From Eledone cirrhosa (lineage: Eukaryota), in the NCBI GenBank assembly GCA_964016885.1, contig OZ024741.1, positions 397,048,001-397,112,000 of the forward strand: 64,000 bases of DNA. Direction: 5' to 3'. Positions within the stretch are counted from its first letter, which is position 1, and each line of letters opens with the position of its first letter. The position numbers and the translations under genes are program-made. The notes beneath the pieces are model-generated. The model had not been told where the DNA came from, did not search any database, and saw nothing but the letters and a program-made list of their open reading frames with translations. Shown here piece by piece: positions 40,635 through 54,172 of this stretch.

Positions 40635-43600
40635 GTGTCATTGGTTCAGTCAGCTTTAGAGGGGGTGTCATTGGTTTAGTCAGCCGTGGAGGGGGTGTCA
40701 TTGGTTCAGTCAGCTTTAGAAGGGGTGTCATTGATTTAGTCAGCCGTGGAGGGGGTGTCATTGGTTCAGTCAGCTTTAGAGGGGGTGTCATTGGTTCAGT
40801 CAGCTTTAGAGGGGGTGTCATTGGTTTAGTCAGCCGTGGAGGGGGTGTCATTGGTTCAGTCAGCTTTAGAGGGGGTGTCATTGGTTCAGTCAGCTTTAGA
40901 GGGGGTGTCATTGGTTTAGTCAGCCGTGGAGGGGGTGTCATTGGTTCAGTCAGCTTTAGAGGGGGTGTCATTGGTTCAGTCAGCTTTAGAAGGGGTGTCA
41001 TTGATTTAGTCAGCCGTGGAGGGGGTGTCATTGGTTCAGTCAGCTTTAGAGGGGGTGTCATTGGTTCAGTCAGCTTTAGAGGGGGTGTCATTGGTTTAGT
41101 CAGCCGTGGAGGGGGTGTCATTGGTTCAGTCAGCTTTAGAAGGGGTGTCATTGGTTTAGTCAGCCGTGGAGGGGGTGTCATTGGTTTAGTCAGCTTTAGA
41201 GGGGGTGTCATTGGTTCAGTCAGCTTTAGAGGGGGTGTCATTGATTTAGTCAGCCGTGGAGGGGGTGTCATTGGTTCAGTCAGCTTTAGAGGGGGTGTCA
41301 TTGGTTTAGTCAGCCGTGGAGGGGGTGTCATTGGTTCAGTCAGCTTTAGAGGGGGTGTCATTGGTTCAGTCAGCTTTAGAGGGGGTGTCATTGGTTTAGT
41401 CAGCCGTGGAGGGGGTGTCATTGGTTTAGTCAGCCGTGGAGGGGGTGTCATTGGTTTAGTCAGCTTTAGAGGGGGTGTCATTGGTTTAGTCAGCCGTGGA
41501 GGGGGTGTCATTGGTTCAGTCAGCTTTAGAGGGGGTGTCATTGGTTTAGTCAGCTTTAGAGGGGGTGTCATTGGTTTAGTCAGCTTTAGAGGGGGTGTCA
41601 TTGGTTTAGTCAGCCGTGGAGGGGGTGTCATTGGTTCAGTCAGCTTTAGAGGGGGTGTCATTGGTTTAGTCAGCTTTAGAGGGGGTGTCATTGGTTTAGT
41701 CAGCCGTGGAGGGGGTGTCATTGGTTCAGTCAGCTTTAGAGGGGGTGTCATTGGTTTAGTCAGCCGTGGAGGGGGTGTCATTGGTTCAGTCAGCTTTAGA
41801 GGGGGTGTCATTGGTTTAGTCAGCCGTGGAGGGGGTGTCATTGGTTTAGTCAGCTTTAGAGGGGGTGTCATTGGTTCAGTCAGCTTTAGAGGGGGTGTCA
41901 GTGGTTCAGTCAGCTTTAGAGGGGGTGTCATTGGTTCAGTCAGCTTTAGAGGGGGTGTCATTGGTTCAGTCAGCTTTAGAAGGGGTGTCATTGGTTTAGT
42001 CAGCCGTGGAGGGGGTGTCATTGGTTCAGTCAGCTTTAGAGGGGGTGTCAGTGGTTCAGTCAGCTTTAGAGGGGGTGTCATTGGTTCAGTCAGCTTTAGA
42101 GGGGGTGTCATTGGTTCAGTCAGCCGTGGAGGGGGTGTCATTGGTTTAGTCAGCTTTAGAGGGGGTGTCATTGGTTCAGTCAGCTTTAGAGGGGGTGTCA
42201 TTGGTTTAGTCAGCCGTGGAGGGGGTGTCATTGGTTTAGTCAGCTTTAGAGGGGGTGTCATTGGTTCAGTCAGCTCTAGAGGGGGTGTCATTGGTTTAGT
42301 CAGCCGTGGAGGGGCTGTCATTGGTTTAGTCAGCTTTAGAGGGGGTGTCAGTGGTTCAGTCAGCTTTAGAGGGGGTGTCATTGGTTCAGTCAGCTTTAGA
42401 GGGGTGTCATTGGTTTAGTCAGCCGTGGAGGGGGTGTCATTGGTTTAGTCAGCTTTAGAGGGGGTGTCAGTGGTTCAGTCAGCTTTAGAGGGGGTGTCAT
42501 TGGTTCAGTCAGCTTTAGAGGGGGTGTCATTGGTTCAGTCAGCTTTAGAGGGGGTGTCATTGGTTCAGTCAGCTTTAGAAGGGGTGTCATTGGTTTAGTC
42601 AGCCGTGGAGGGGGTGTCATTGGTTTAGTCAGCTTTAGAGGGGATGTCAGTGGTTCAGTCAGCTTTAGAGGGGGTGTCATTGGTTCAGTCAGCTTTAGAG
42701 GGGGTGTCATTGGTTCAGTCAGCTTTAGAGGGGGTGTCATTGGTTTAGTCAGCCGTGGAGGGGGTGTCATTGGTTCAGTCAGCTTTAGAAGGGGTGTCAT
42801 TGGTTTAGTCAGCCGTGGAGGGGGTGTCATTGGTTTAGTCAGCCGTGGAGGGGGTGTCATTGGTTTAGTCAGCCGTGGAGGGGGTGTCATTGGTTCAGTC
42901 AGCTTTAGAGGGGGTGTCATTGGTTTAGTCAGCCGTGGAGGGGGTGTCAGTGGTTCAGTCAGCCGTGGAGGGGGTGTCAGTGGTTTAGTCAGCCGTAGAG
43001 GGGGTGTCATTGGTTTAGTCAGCCGTGGAGGGAGTGTCAGTGGTTTAGTCAGCCGTAGAGGGGGTGTCATTGGTTTAGTCAGCTTTAGAGGGGGTGTCAT
43101 TGGTTTAGTCAGCCGTGGAGGGGGTGTCAGTGGTTCAGTCAGCTTTAGAGGGGGTGTCATTGGTTTAGTCAGCCGTGGAGGGGGTGTCAGTGGTTCAGTC
43201 AGCCGTGGAGGGGGTGTCAGTGGTTCAGTCAGCCGTGGAGGGGGTGTCATTGGTTTAGTCAGCCGTAGAGGGGGTGTCATTGGTTTAGTCAGCCGTGGAG
43301 GGGGTGTCAGTGGTTTAGTCAGCCGTAGAGGGGGTGTCATTGGTTTAGTCAGCCGTAGAGGGGGTGTCATTGGTTTAGTCAGCCGTAGAGGGGGTGTCAT
43401 TGGTTTAGTCAGCCGTGGAGGGGGTGTCAGTGATTAGTCAGCCGTGGAGGGGGTGTCAGTGGTTTAGTCAGCTTTAGATGGGGTGTCATTGGTTCAGTCA
43501 GCCGTGGAGGGGGTGTCAGTGGTTTAGTCAGCCGTGGAGGGGGTGTCAGTGGTTCAGTCAGCTTTAGAGGGGGTGTCATTGGTTTAGTCAGCCGTGGAGG

Positions 43601-44340
43601 GGGTGTCAGTGGTTCAGTCAGCTTTAGAGGGGGTGTCATTGGTTTAGTCAGCTTTAGAGGGGGTGTCATTGGTTTAGTCAGCTTTAGAGGGGGTGTCATT
43701 GGTTTAGTCAGCTTTAGAGGGGGTGTCAGTGGTTTAGTCAGCCGTAGAGGGGGTGTCATTGGTTCAGTCAGCTTTAGAGGGGGTGTCATTGGTTTAGTCA
43801 GCTTTAGAGGGGGTGTCAGTGGTTCAGTCAGCTTTAGAGGGGGTGTCATTGGTTTAGTCAGCTTTAGAGGGGGTGTCATTGGTTTAGTCAGCCGTGGAGG
43901 GGGTGTCATTGGTTTAGTCAGCTTTAGAGGGGGTGTCATTGGTTCAGTCAGCTTTAGAGGGGGTGTCATTGGTTTAGTCAGCCGTGGAGGGGGTGTCATT
44001 GGTTTAGTCAGCTTTAGAGGGGGTGTCATTGGTTCAGTCAGCTTTAGAGGGGGTGTCATTGGTTCAGTCAGCTTTAGAGGGGGTGTCATTGGTTTAGTCA
44101 GCTTTAGAGGGGGCGTCATTGGTTTAGTCAGCCGTGGAGGGGGTGTCATTCGTTTAGTCAGCTTTAGAGGGGGTGTCATTGGTTCAGTCAGCTTTAGAGG
44201 GGGTGTCATTGGTTTAGTCAGCCGTGGAGGGGGTGTCATTGGTTTAGTCAGCTTTAGAGGGGGTGTCATTGGTTCAGTCAGCTTTAGAGGGGGTGTCATT
44301 GGTTCAGTCAGCTTTAGAGGGGGTGTCAGTGGTTTAGTCA
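40635..44340. repeat. 30-bp minisatellite, about 123 copies
   Basis: gggggtgtca-ttggttYagt-cagc(tttaga/cgtgga). Confidence 0.98.
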
Positions 44341-44680
44341 CAGTAGAGCCGCTACTTCTCTGAATTGAGAGATCACAGTTCTGATATTACGGGCATGTGG
44401 TTAGAATATCTCAGGAAAGAATCGCTGGACAGATTTTATGGGCAAAACCAACCAGCAGGAGACCCAGGGGTAGACCCCGAGCAAGATCGTTGGATAACAT
44501 CCCTGAGCTTGGTTGGTCTCGCTTGGGGATCCAGCTGGATCAGTTGGAGACGTTCGCTTCCGGTAAGACCCGCTGGAATGAGTCTTTGAGGTCTCTGACC
44601 CCACGACCAGAAGAAGAAGAAGAAGAAGAAGAAGAAGAAGAAGAAGAAGAAGAAGAAGAAGAAGAAGAAGAAGAAGAAGA
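44341..44680 (+). mobile_element. RTE (Expander-like) LINE 3' fragment with (GAA)n tail
   Basis: VEPLLL.IERSQ...GHVVR...RRPRGRPR motifs; diverged copy at 61437-61755(-). Confidence 0.75.
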
Positions 44681-45369
44681 ATTGAAACTAAACTCTCATA
44701 TTTGATAGTCAAACTCTCGCTCCTAAACCGAAAGTAATTCTCGGTTCCTGTTTCAGTTTCTTTTGTAATATTACAGTTTACAAATGTTTAGCCTGGTTCT
44801 CTTCATCACAAAACTCAAATTACTGAGTGTTTTATTATCATTTGTATATTTTCTGAGGGCGGTGGATTGGCAGTATCGGACAACATGCTTTGCAACATTG
44901 AGTTACGGTCCTTAGAGGACGGGTGTAATTGATTCAGTCAGCTTTACTACTTGATTGATACTTTAATTCCTAAGGCTAAGTTAACCTGGGTGGGATTTGA
45001 ATGTAGAACGTAAAGGGCCGTAACTTTATGCCACAAAATATTTTTTCCGACGCTCTACCGATTCTGCCAATCCACCGCCCTAGTAATAATAATAATGATT
45101 TCTGATTTAGGCACAAGGCCAACAATTTTGGGAAGAAGTGAAAGTCGATTAAATTGACCCCAGTACATTACTGATACATTATTCTATCGACCCTGTAAGG
45201 ATAAAAGGTAAAGCAAAGCTCGGCTGGATTTGAACTCAGAACGTAAAGGGACATAACTCTATTGCTGCCATCCGCCCTGGAACATAATGAAATAAGTGTT
45301 TCTAAAGAGGTCAACATTCTGGGTAGCTTTAGTACTACATAAACTGGCATTTTATTGTTGAGTAATATA

Positions 45370-45406
45370 TCTGTGTCTGTGTGTCTGTGTGTGTGTGTGT
45401 GTGTCT

Positions 45407-45467
<61 letters not shown>

Positions 45468-45685
45468 GTGTATATGTGTGTGTCTGTGTGTGTGTGTTTT
45501 ATGTGTTTGGTGTGTGTCTGTGTCTGTCTGTGTATGTGTGTGTGGGTGTGTGTGTCAGTCTGTTTGTTTGTGTGTGTGATGTGTGTGTGTGTTTGTGTGT
45601 GTGTGTGTATGTGTTTATGTGTGTGTGTTTGTGTGTGTGTGTTTGTGTGTGTGTTTGTGTGTGTTTACGTTTGTGTTTGTGTGTT

Positions 45686-45721
<36 letters not shown>

Positions 45722-47310
45722 CGTGTTTGTGTGTGTGTGTTTGTGTGTGTGTTTGTGTGTGTTTGCGTGTGTGTGTGTGTTTGTGTGTGTTTGCGTGTGT
45801 GTGTGTGTTTGTGTGTGTTTGTGTGTGTTATCATTTTATGGGCTACTGATAGCATGTAATCTTGTATCACATTTGCAAAAATGGTTGTGGTGGTGGTGGT
45901 GGTGGTGGTGTAGTGGTAGTGGTGGTGTAGTAGTGATGGTGGTGGTGGTGGTGGTGTAGTGGTGGTGGTGGTGGTGGTGGTGGTGGTGGTGGTGGTGGTG
46001 GTGGTGTAGTGGTAGTGGTGGTGTAGTGGTGGTGGTGGTGGTGGTGGTGGTGTAGTGGTGGTGGTGGTGGTGGTGGTGGTGGTGTAGTGGTAGTGGTGGT
46101 GGTGGTGGTGTAGTGGTAGTGGTGGTGTAGTAGTGATGGTGGTGGTGGTGGTGGTGTAGTGGTGGTGGTGGTGGTGGTGGTGGTGGTGGTGGTGGTGGTG
46201 GTGGTGTAGTGGTAGTGGTGGTGTAGTGGTGGTGGTGGTGGTGGTGGTGTAGTGGTAGTGGTGGTGTAGTGGTGGTGGTGGTGGTGGTGGTGGTGGTGGT
46301 GTAGTGGTAGTGGTGGTGGTGGTGGTGTAGTGGTAGTGGTGGTGTAGTAGTGATGGTGGTGGTGGTGGTGGTGTAGTGGTGGTGGTGGTGGTGGTGGTGG
46401 TGGTGGTGGTGGTGGTGGTGGTGTAGTGGTAGTGGTGGTGTAGTGGTGGTGGTGGTGGTGGTGGTGTAGTGGTAGTGGTGGTGTAGTGGTGGTGGTGGTG
46501 GTGGTGGTGGTGGTGGTGTAGTGGTAGTGGTGGTGGTGGTGGTGTAGTGGTAGTGGTGGTGTAGTAGTGGTGGTGGTGGTGGTGGTGGTGGTGGTGTAGT
46601 GGTAGTGGTGGTGTAGTAGTGGTGGTGGTGGCGGTGGTGGTGGTGGTGGTGGTGGTGGTGGTGTAGTGGTAGTGGTGGTGTAGTGGTGGTGGTGGTGGTG
46701 TAGTGGTAGTGGTGGTGTAGTAGTGATGGTGGTGGTGGTGGTGGTGTAGTGGTGGTGGTGTAGTGGTAGTGGTGGTGTAGTGGTGGTGGTGGTGGTGGTG
46801 GTGGTGGTGTAGTGGTAGTGGTGGTGTAGTGGTGGTGGTGGTGGTGGTGGTGTAGTGGTAGTGGTGGTGTAGTAGTGGTGGTGGTGGTGGTGGTGGTGGT
46901 GGTGGTGTGTTGGTAGTGGTGGTGTAGTAGTGGTGGTGGTGGTGGTGGTGGTGGTGGTGGTGATGGTGGTGGTGGTGGTGGTGTAGTGGTAGTGGTTGTG
47001 TAGTGGTGGTGGTGGTTGTGGTGGTGGTGGTGGCTGTGGTGGTGGTGGTAGTGGTGGTGGTGGTGGTGGTGGTGGTGGTAGTGGTGGTGGTGGTGTAGTT
47101 GTGGTGGTGGTGTAGTGGTGGTGGTGTTTGTGTTGGTGGTGGTGGTTTTGGTGGTGGTGGTGGTGATGGTGGTGGTTGTGGTGGTGGTGGTGGTGGCCGT
47201 GGTGGTGGTGGTGGCTGTGATGGTGGTGGTGGTGGTGATGGTGGTGGTCGTGGTAGTGGTGGTGGCTGTGGTGGTTGTGGTGGTTGTGGTGGTGGTGGTG
47301 ATGATGATGT
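45370..47310. repeat. (TG)n followed by long (GGT/GTA)n repeat
   Basis: Directly visible. Confidence 0.95.
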
Positions 47311-47439
47311 TAGTATAAATTAAATGACATTAGTAGACTATGTAGTTCTGTTATTATATAAGTACCGGAAGTCAGCTATAATCTGTAGGTCAGAGTAAAC
47401 AGTAGCCTCAGGAGAACTTTGATACTGCATATATATTAT

Positions 47440-47875
47440 ATTACCGGACATTGTCGGACATTACTACTTCATTGGACACTGCCAGACATTATCTCTCATT
47501 ACGACATCACTGGACATTGCCAGACATCAAAACATTACTGGACATTACTGGACATTACTGGATACTGTTGGACATTGCTGGATATTACTGGACACTGTTG
47601 GACATTACTTGGCACTGCCGGACATTGCCAGACATTACTGGACACTGCCGGACATTGCCGGACATTGCTGGACATTACTAGACATTGCCGGACATTACTG
47701 GACACTGTTGGACATTACTGGACATTGCCGGATTTTACTGGACATTGTTGGACATTACTGGATACTGCCGGACATTGCCGGACATTACTTGGCATTGTCG
47801 GACATTACTGGACATTGCCGGACATTACTGGGCCCTGTCGGACATTACTGGACACTGCCGGATACTGTCGGACTA
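47440..47875. repeat. 10-bp minisatellite ggacattRct/gcc
   Basis: Directly visible. Confidence 0.9.
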
Positions 47876-48503
47876 AAAACCTCCATCATTATTAGATCTT
47901 TTCTCGTTTCAATCCACTGGAAAATATATTTACTTTTTCTTTTTACTCCACTGTTTAGTCATGGATGGAAGATCGGTGGCCATGTTCCTTTATTTATTCT
48001 TAGGGCCTCTGGGACTGAGGAGGGTAAGCCCCTGACTCTGTATTTTTTTCAAGGCCTCCGAGGTTCGGGAGGGGTAGCCCATGATCCTTTATTTGTTTTC
48101 AGGGCCCCAGGATGAGTAGGGAAGGAAATTATCCTCAAACTGGAGACCTTAGCTGAATACTTTCCAGGGACTATGTTGAAAAATAAACCTCGTTTGGTCA
48201 TTCCATGAGAGAATCTTGGTGAGCATACGAACTTTTTACCCGACCCTCGTATGTAAAGAAAAAATATGTTACATATTACAGCCGGTTACATTGACACCAG
48301 AAGATAACTGGTACTTATTCTTAGCAACACCCGGGGAAGGAGGAATGAAACATTAACCTTCTGTGGTAGAAATTGAACTGGGAAGTAATCCCTCCCTCTC
48401 CCCTCCCTTCTTATAACCCCAGAGATGTCTTTAGATTTCATCTCTCTGGAGTTGACTGATACTGATATGGTGGGAGGGGGGAGAGAGAGATAGATCGAGA
48501 GGG

Positions 48504-48538
<35 letters not shown>

Positions 48539-48614
48539 AGGGAGAGAGAGGGAGAGAATAAAGTAGTAGCGAGTGGAGAGGAAAGAGAAAGAGACAGACA
48601 GATAGGTAGATAGA

Positions 48615-49075
48615 TATGTTTCTTTATTAACCACAGGGGCACAAAAGAAGGGGACAAATACAAAGAGGGAAGTTTACATACAATAAAAACGTGTAAAATA
48701 TCACAAATACAATTTAAAAATTAGTCGATTTTCCCCAATAGGGGAAAACATTACATCTGGGTAACACAGACCCCCGAAAAAAATGTGCAACCCTCATCTC
48801 CAGGAGTACGAAGAGTTTGTACCCCTTTCCTCTCCTCCTCTTTTTCCTCAACCTACAGGCTGATATAGAGAGAAGGCCCATTCACTCGGGCCATTCTCGC
48901 CACTTTCACCCACCTTTCATAAAACTTGCTGGGGTACAGCACCTCTCTCTCCATCCTGATTCTTCTTCCAAAGTGGTGTTTGAAAAAAAGAATCAGTTGT
49001 CGGCCGGAGAGAAAGGTGTCTGACCTCAGCCCTTTCAACCTGGTCCACCATACAACCTCTTTCGCCATAGCTATC
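48615..49075 (-). mobile_element. L1/Tx1-like LINE 3' fragment within (GATA)n
   Basis: AMAKEVVWWTRLKGL...ERWVKVARM matches the 60.4-60.7 kb copy; aataaagaaacatatcta tail. Confidence 0.8.
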
Positions 49076-49081
49076 AATAGG

Positions 49082-49137
<56 letters not shown>

Positions 49138-49654
49138 GAAAAGAGAGTACTAAGTGAGTGGGGAGGAAAGAGAGAGAGAGAAAGAAAGAACAGTGAAAGA
49201 AAGGAAGAAAAAAGAAAGAAAAAGAGTGAAAAAAAGAAGAAAGTGAAAGAAAGAAAACAAAGAGAAAACGAAAGAAAGAGAAAGAATGAAAAAAGAAAGA
49301 AAGAAAGAAAAGTTAAAAAAGAATGAAAGTAAAAAGAAATAGAAGGAAGAAACACATTTTAAAAGAAAGAAAAAAAAGAAAGTGAAAGAAAGGAAAGTTT
49401 AAGACAGAAGAATGAAGAAGAATGAAAGAGAGAAAGAAAACAGAAAGATTTACTGGCTGGGATAGTCCAAGAACGAAAGTAGAAGAATCAGAAAATAAGG
49501 AGGTAAGATTGGGAAAGGATAACATTATGGGAACTTACCATTTTTGATTTAATCCTAAATGACTTCAACTACAGCAGGTAATTACCAGTTGGTAGTCTCT
49601 CTTGGATTATCCCAGGTAGCAAATCCCAGTTAAATTATACAAGGCAGTAAACAC

Positions 49655-49761
49655 TTCTTGGACTATTCCAGGCAGTAAATCCCTCTTGGACTATTCCAGG
49701 CAGTAAATTCCTCTTGGACTATTCCAGGCAGTAAATTCCTCTTGGACTATTCCAGGCAGTG
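49655..49761. repeat. 28-bp tandem repeat
   Basis: ctcttggactattccaggcagtaaattc, about 4 copies. Confidence 0.9.
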
Positions 49762-49892
49762 TACTAGTGGTGGGTGCTTTCTTTAGAAATACGAAGTAAA
49801 CTTTATTCGGACTAGCGTCTCTCTCGGTCAGGACCAGAAGATAAAGTTAGCTAAACTAGTTAGATATCTCTCTCCCTCTCTCCCTCTCTCCC

Positions 49893-49926
<34 letters not shown>

Positions 49927-49987
49927 ACAATTCCTCCCTCTCTTTCTTTTTCCCTCACCCTATCTTTTATATACGTTTGTGTGTGTG

Positions 49988-50024
<37 letters not shown>

Positions 50025-50737
50025 ATGTGTGCGTGTGTGTGTATGTGTGTGTGTGTGTGTGTATACATGAATGCAATCATACGCACATACATGTTTACAC
50101 TGAATTATATACAAAGAAATACTACACAGATACACATACAGTGATGCACAAACAGACACACAGACACACACAGTCACTCAAACAGACACACACACACACA
50201 TACAGTCACACAGTCACTCACACCCAGGCACTCACACACACACAGGCACTCACACACACACAGGCACTCACACACACACAGGCACTCACACACACATATA
50301 TTTAGATATATGTACTTCACATGTATAAAGTTTTCGCAGCTCCACCCAACATTAACTGGAGTCTGCATGCGTGTATGTGTGTGCATGCGTGTAGGTGTGT
50401 ATGTATTTATGTGTTTATATGGGTGTATGTGTATGTATGTGTGTGTAAGTGTGTGCGTGTGTGTAAGTGTGTGTGTGTGTAGGAGTATATGGTGTGTTTG
50501 TTTGTCAAGTGAAGTTTGGCCAAACCGCATCCTGTAACAGTAAAAGGGGAGCAGGAGGAGTGTATTAGTTGATGAGAGGGGGAGGGAGACGGGGAGGGAG
50601 GCGGGGAGGGAGATATAAGAGAGGAGGGGGAGAGGGAGGAAGACGTGAGGAGAGATATAAGAGATGGGGAGGGAGAGGGTGAGAGAGAGAGAGGGTGAGA
50701 GAGAGAGAGTGAGAGAGAGAGAGAGAGAGGGTGAGAG

Positions 50738-50777
<40 letters not shown>

Positions 50778-51294
50778 GAAATAAGCAGAGAATGAACAAA
50801 AACTGGACATAATGATGTGAGGGGGGGTTAGTATAAAGTTTGTGTGGGAGAAGAGAAGGGGAGGTGGTGAATATTTCATAGAAACATATATATATAGAGG
50901 GGAGAAAGAAGGGGGGGGTAGATGAGGTGGAGGGTAGAGGAGGAGTAGGAACAAGTATGAAAAATGGTGAATAATAAAAAATATGAAATAAGTTTCAAAT
51001 GAGAAAGTATGAGAAAGAGTGAAATATGTAGGTAGAGGCTTCTGGTGTCCCTGACCCCAGGACCATCTCCCTACCACCACCATCAAATGTGTATGGCTAT
51101 GTGTGTGTGTGTGTGAGTGTGTGTAAGTATGTGTGTGTATGTATGTATGTCTTTATATGTCTATGTGTGTGTGTGTGTGGGTGTGTGTAAGTATGTGTGT
51201 GTATGTATGTCTTTATATATCTGTGTGTGTGTCTATATTTGGGGGTGCTTAGTGTGTGTATGTATGTGTGTGTATGTATGTATGTATGTATGTC

Positions 51295-51494
51295 NNNNNN
51301 NNNNNNNNNNNNNNNNNNNNNNNNNNNNNNNNNNNNNNNNNNNNNNNNNNNNNNNNNNNNNNNNNNNNNNNNNNNNNNNNNNNNNNNNNNNNNNNNNNNN
51401 NNNNNNNNNNNNNNNNNNNNNNNNNNNNNNNNNNNNNNNNNNNNNNNNNNNNNNNNNNNNNNNNNNNNNNNNNNNNNNNNNNNNNNNNNNNNNN
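51295..51494. other. Assembly gap (200 N)
   Basis: N run. Confidence 1.
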
Positions 51495-51639
51495 ATATAT
51501 CCGAGCACTCAAATTTATATCCATATAGACATTTATTTAAATGTGGGTTTGGTATAGTAAAGATACTTCTACAGTCCAGCTGCAGAGAACACAGAAGATC
51601 GCGGAGAAACAGTTCTCCGGTGGACAGATGAGCATTTGA

Positions 51640-52480
51640 AAGAAAGTTAGGACGAGAGATCAGATCTTCATCATCAGGATCATTATAGAAAGGGGATGTG
51701 AGTACACCCTTCCCCACCCAGTGTACATGGCTTTCATTGATTATAAGAACTATTTTGACTCAGTTTGACATTCAACTCTGTGGACCTTGATTGATGAAGA
51801 TGTGAGTCAAGAGTGTGCAGTAGTTAACCTGTGAAGGCGCATGGCTCAGTGGTTAGAGCATTGGGCTTCCAATCGAAAGGTTGTGAGTTCAATTCTCGGA
51901 CCGAGTGATGTGTTGTTTCCTTGAGCAAGACACTTTATTTCACGTTGCTCCAGTTTACTCAGCTGTAGAAATGAGATGATAGGACTGGGGTCCCCATCAT
52001 TAAATCACCCAAGACACCTCCAACGAGATATACCTTGGAGGAGGCCAGCTAAACCTGCATAGGTGTGAGCTGTAAAACACACACACACACACACACACAC
52101 ACATAGGTGTGAGCTGTCACACACACATAGGTGTGAGCTGTCACACACACACACGTAGGTGTGAGCTGTCACACACACACACATAGGTGTGAGCTGTCAC
52201 ACACACATATGTGTGAGCTGTCACACACACACACATAGGTGTGAGCTGTCACACACACACACACACACACAGTCATGAGATCAGAGCTCGGTTGGGTAGA
52301 ATAAGATCTTAACACTCTGTAGAAAGACCCCGCTCTCCACATGAGTTTAGGCTGAAGTTTGTGAAGATTCTAATGTGGTCAGTGGCACTCTATGGCTATG
52401 GAACGTGGACCTTAAGAAGTACCAATGTTAACAAACTGATCTCGTTTAGGACAATACCTTACTGGCGGGCACTGAGCGTC
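51640..52480 (+). pseudogene. Degraded RTE-type reverse transcriptase fragments interrupted by a SINE and a minisatellite
   Basis: DQIFIIRIIIERGCEY...YMAFIDYKNYFDSV near 51657-51770; WSVALYGYGTWTL near 52375-52415. Confidence 0.65.
51833..51977 (+). mobile_element. CORE-type tRNA-derived SINE
   Basis: tggctcagtggttagagc A-box, gagttcaattc B-box, ccttgagcaagacactt core; other copies at 57337-57432 and 57868-57990. Confidence 0.8.
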
Positions 52481-53048
52481 TTGTTGCCACTACTGCTGTT
52501 GTTGTTGTTGCTGTTGCTATTACTGCTGTTATTGCTGCTGTTGTTGCTGTTACTGTTGTTGTTACTGTTGCTACTACTGTTATTGCTGCTGTTGTTGCTG
52601 TTGTTACTGTTGTTGTGAAACCAGTTTAGGTTGTCAACACAAACCGTTGCAGTGTAAAATATTTGCACACACACAATTACAGCAGCTGCAATGTAAGGGT
52701 GGTGGTGGTGGTGGTGGTGTTGGTGGTGTTTTTCTCGAGTTTGAGATCAACAACGGGTGCAGTTGCTATGGTAATGAAGCTCATTTCTTTGTACACATAC
52801 ACGCACATACATACATTCATTAAGAATATATATATATATATATATGAAAATAAAATTAATTTAAGCAAAATGCCAACAATAATTCAGGTATATGAGTGAC
52901 TATACCATCAAGAGGGAAAAAAAAACAAAAAAAAAACATATATATATATATATATATATAACGTCGTCCTCCACCCTCCACGCTCAAGAGTGAAACTAAA
53001 AACAATATCATTTGTAGTGCCTCTCTGTTTTTTGTTCTTTGTTCATTT

Positions 53049-53703
53049 GCCGAACACTGTACGGCTTAATTCGGGCTGTTTGTTTACAAACAAACCGGAC
53101 ATTATAATAAATGTTCGGTAGACCCATACGTACAAATATATATGTGTGCATGTATGTATATATATACATACTACTGTACGTCTGTACACATATATGTATG
53201 TACGTGTACATACTTATATTTAAGTATCAGCCGTACTAAGAGTGAGAAATGAAATTTCGTTTCATTTTTTCCATTTATCGTTTTCGGTGCGCCCGGCCGA
53301 TTAACTCACTCGATATGCAAATTAGGCTACTCAGCCGTTAATATGCATAAGGAAAGTTTATACTTTCAAACGTTCAATCGATTGCCCGGAAGGTATACGG
53401 TGCTGATGACAGCTAATAAGCTAGAAACTAGTTCATCGTTCCTTTTTCAGTGTTGAACAAACGGGCAACGATGGTTGCCGAACACTGTACGGCTTAATTC
53501 GGGCTGTTTGTTTACAAACAAACCGAGCATTATAATAAATGTTCGGTAAACCCATACGTACATATATATATGTGTGTGTGCATGTATGTATATAAATACA
53601 TACTACTGTACATCTGTATACATATATGTATGTACGTATACATACTTACATTTAAGTATCAGCCGTACTAAGAGTGAGAAATGAAATTTCATTTTTTCCA
53701 TTT
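53049..53703 (+). mobile_element. Family G HHR unit as a 1.5-mer tandem (period 428)
   Basis: gccgaacactgtacggc at 53049 and 53477; HHR at 53398-53438 (CGGTG-CTGATGA-cAGCT aata AGCTa-GAAACTAGT-T-CATCG). Confidence 0.75.
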
Positions 53704-53713
53704 ATTAACTATA

Positions 53714-54108
53714 TCTATATATATAAAGTTGTAGTTCCTGTCTGTTTGTTTGTTTGTTTGTTTGTTCACGAACTCCTCCTATGGTTTTGGAGATAGACCC
53801 CCATAACCATATATATTCTGAAACTACATTACCCAGAGTACTTGGATAGGTATATTTCATTTTAATCAAAGGGTTTCCAGGGGGCACAAACCCCCACTGA
53901 AAATTGTTTCCCTTCGGTTTATATGAAATTTAAACCATAGGTAAATGACAAGATATGATGCCTATTCACAAAATTTCAGCAAATTTCAATAATATTAAGA
54001 CACCCTAATGGAGTTTTTCTCTAGAAATTATATTACTGATTTAAAATCACTCATCATTTTCTTACAAAAAAATGTGTGAAACGCAGCAAGGCGCGGGTAA
54101 TTCGGCTA

Positions 54109-54109
<1 letters not shown>
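53714..54109 (+). mobile_element. Non-autonomous Helitron
   Basis: A|TCTATATATATAAA 5' end; GC-rich subterminal cgcagcaaggcgcggg; CTAG|T 3' end. Confidence 0.7.

Positions 54110-54172
<63 letters not shown>

Noticed and set aside
47419-48115. Cys/His/Trp-rich repeat protein
   Set aside because: A 10-bp minisatellite open in all three frames; no gene context
51833-51905. tRNA gene
   Set aside because: The tRNA-like head runs into a SINE core and the acceptor stem is not intact
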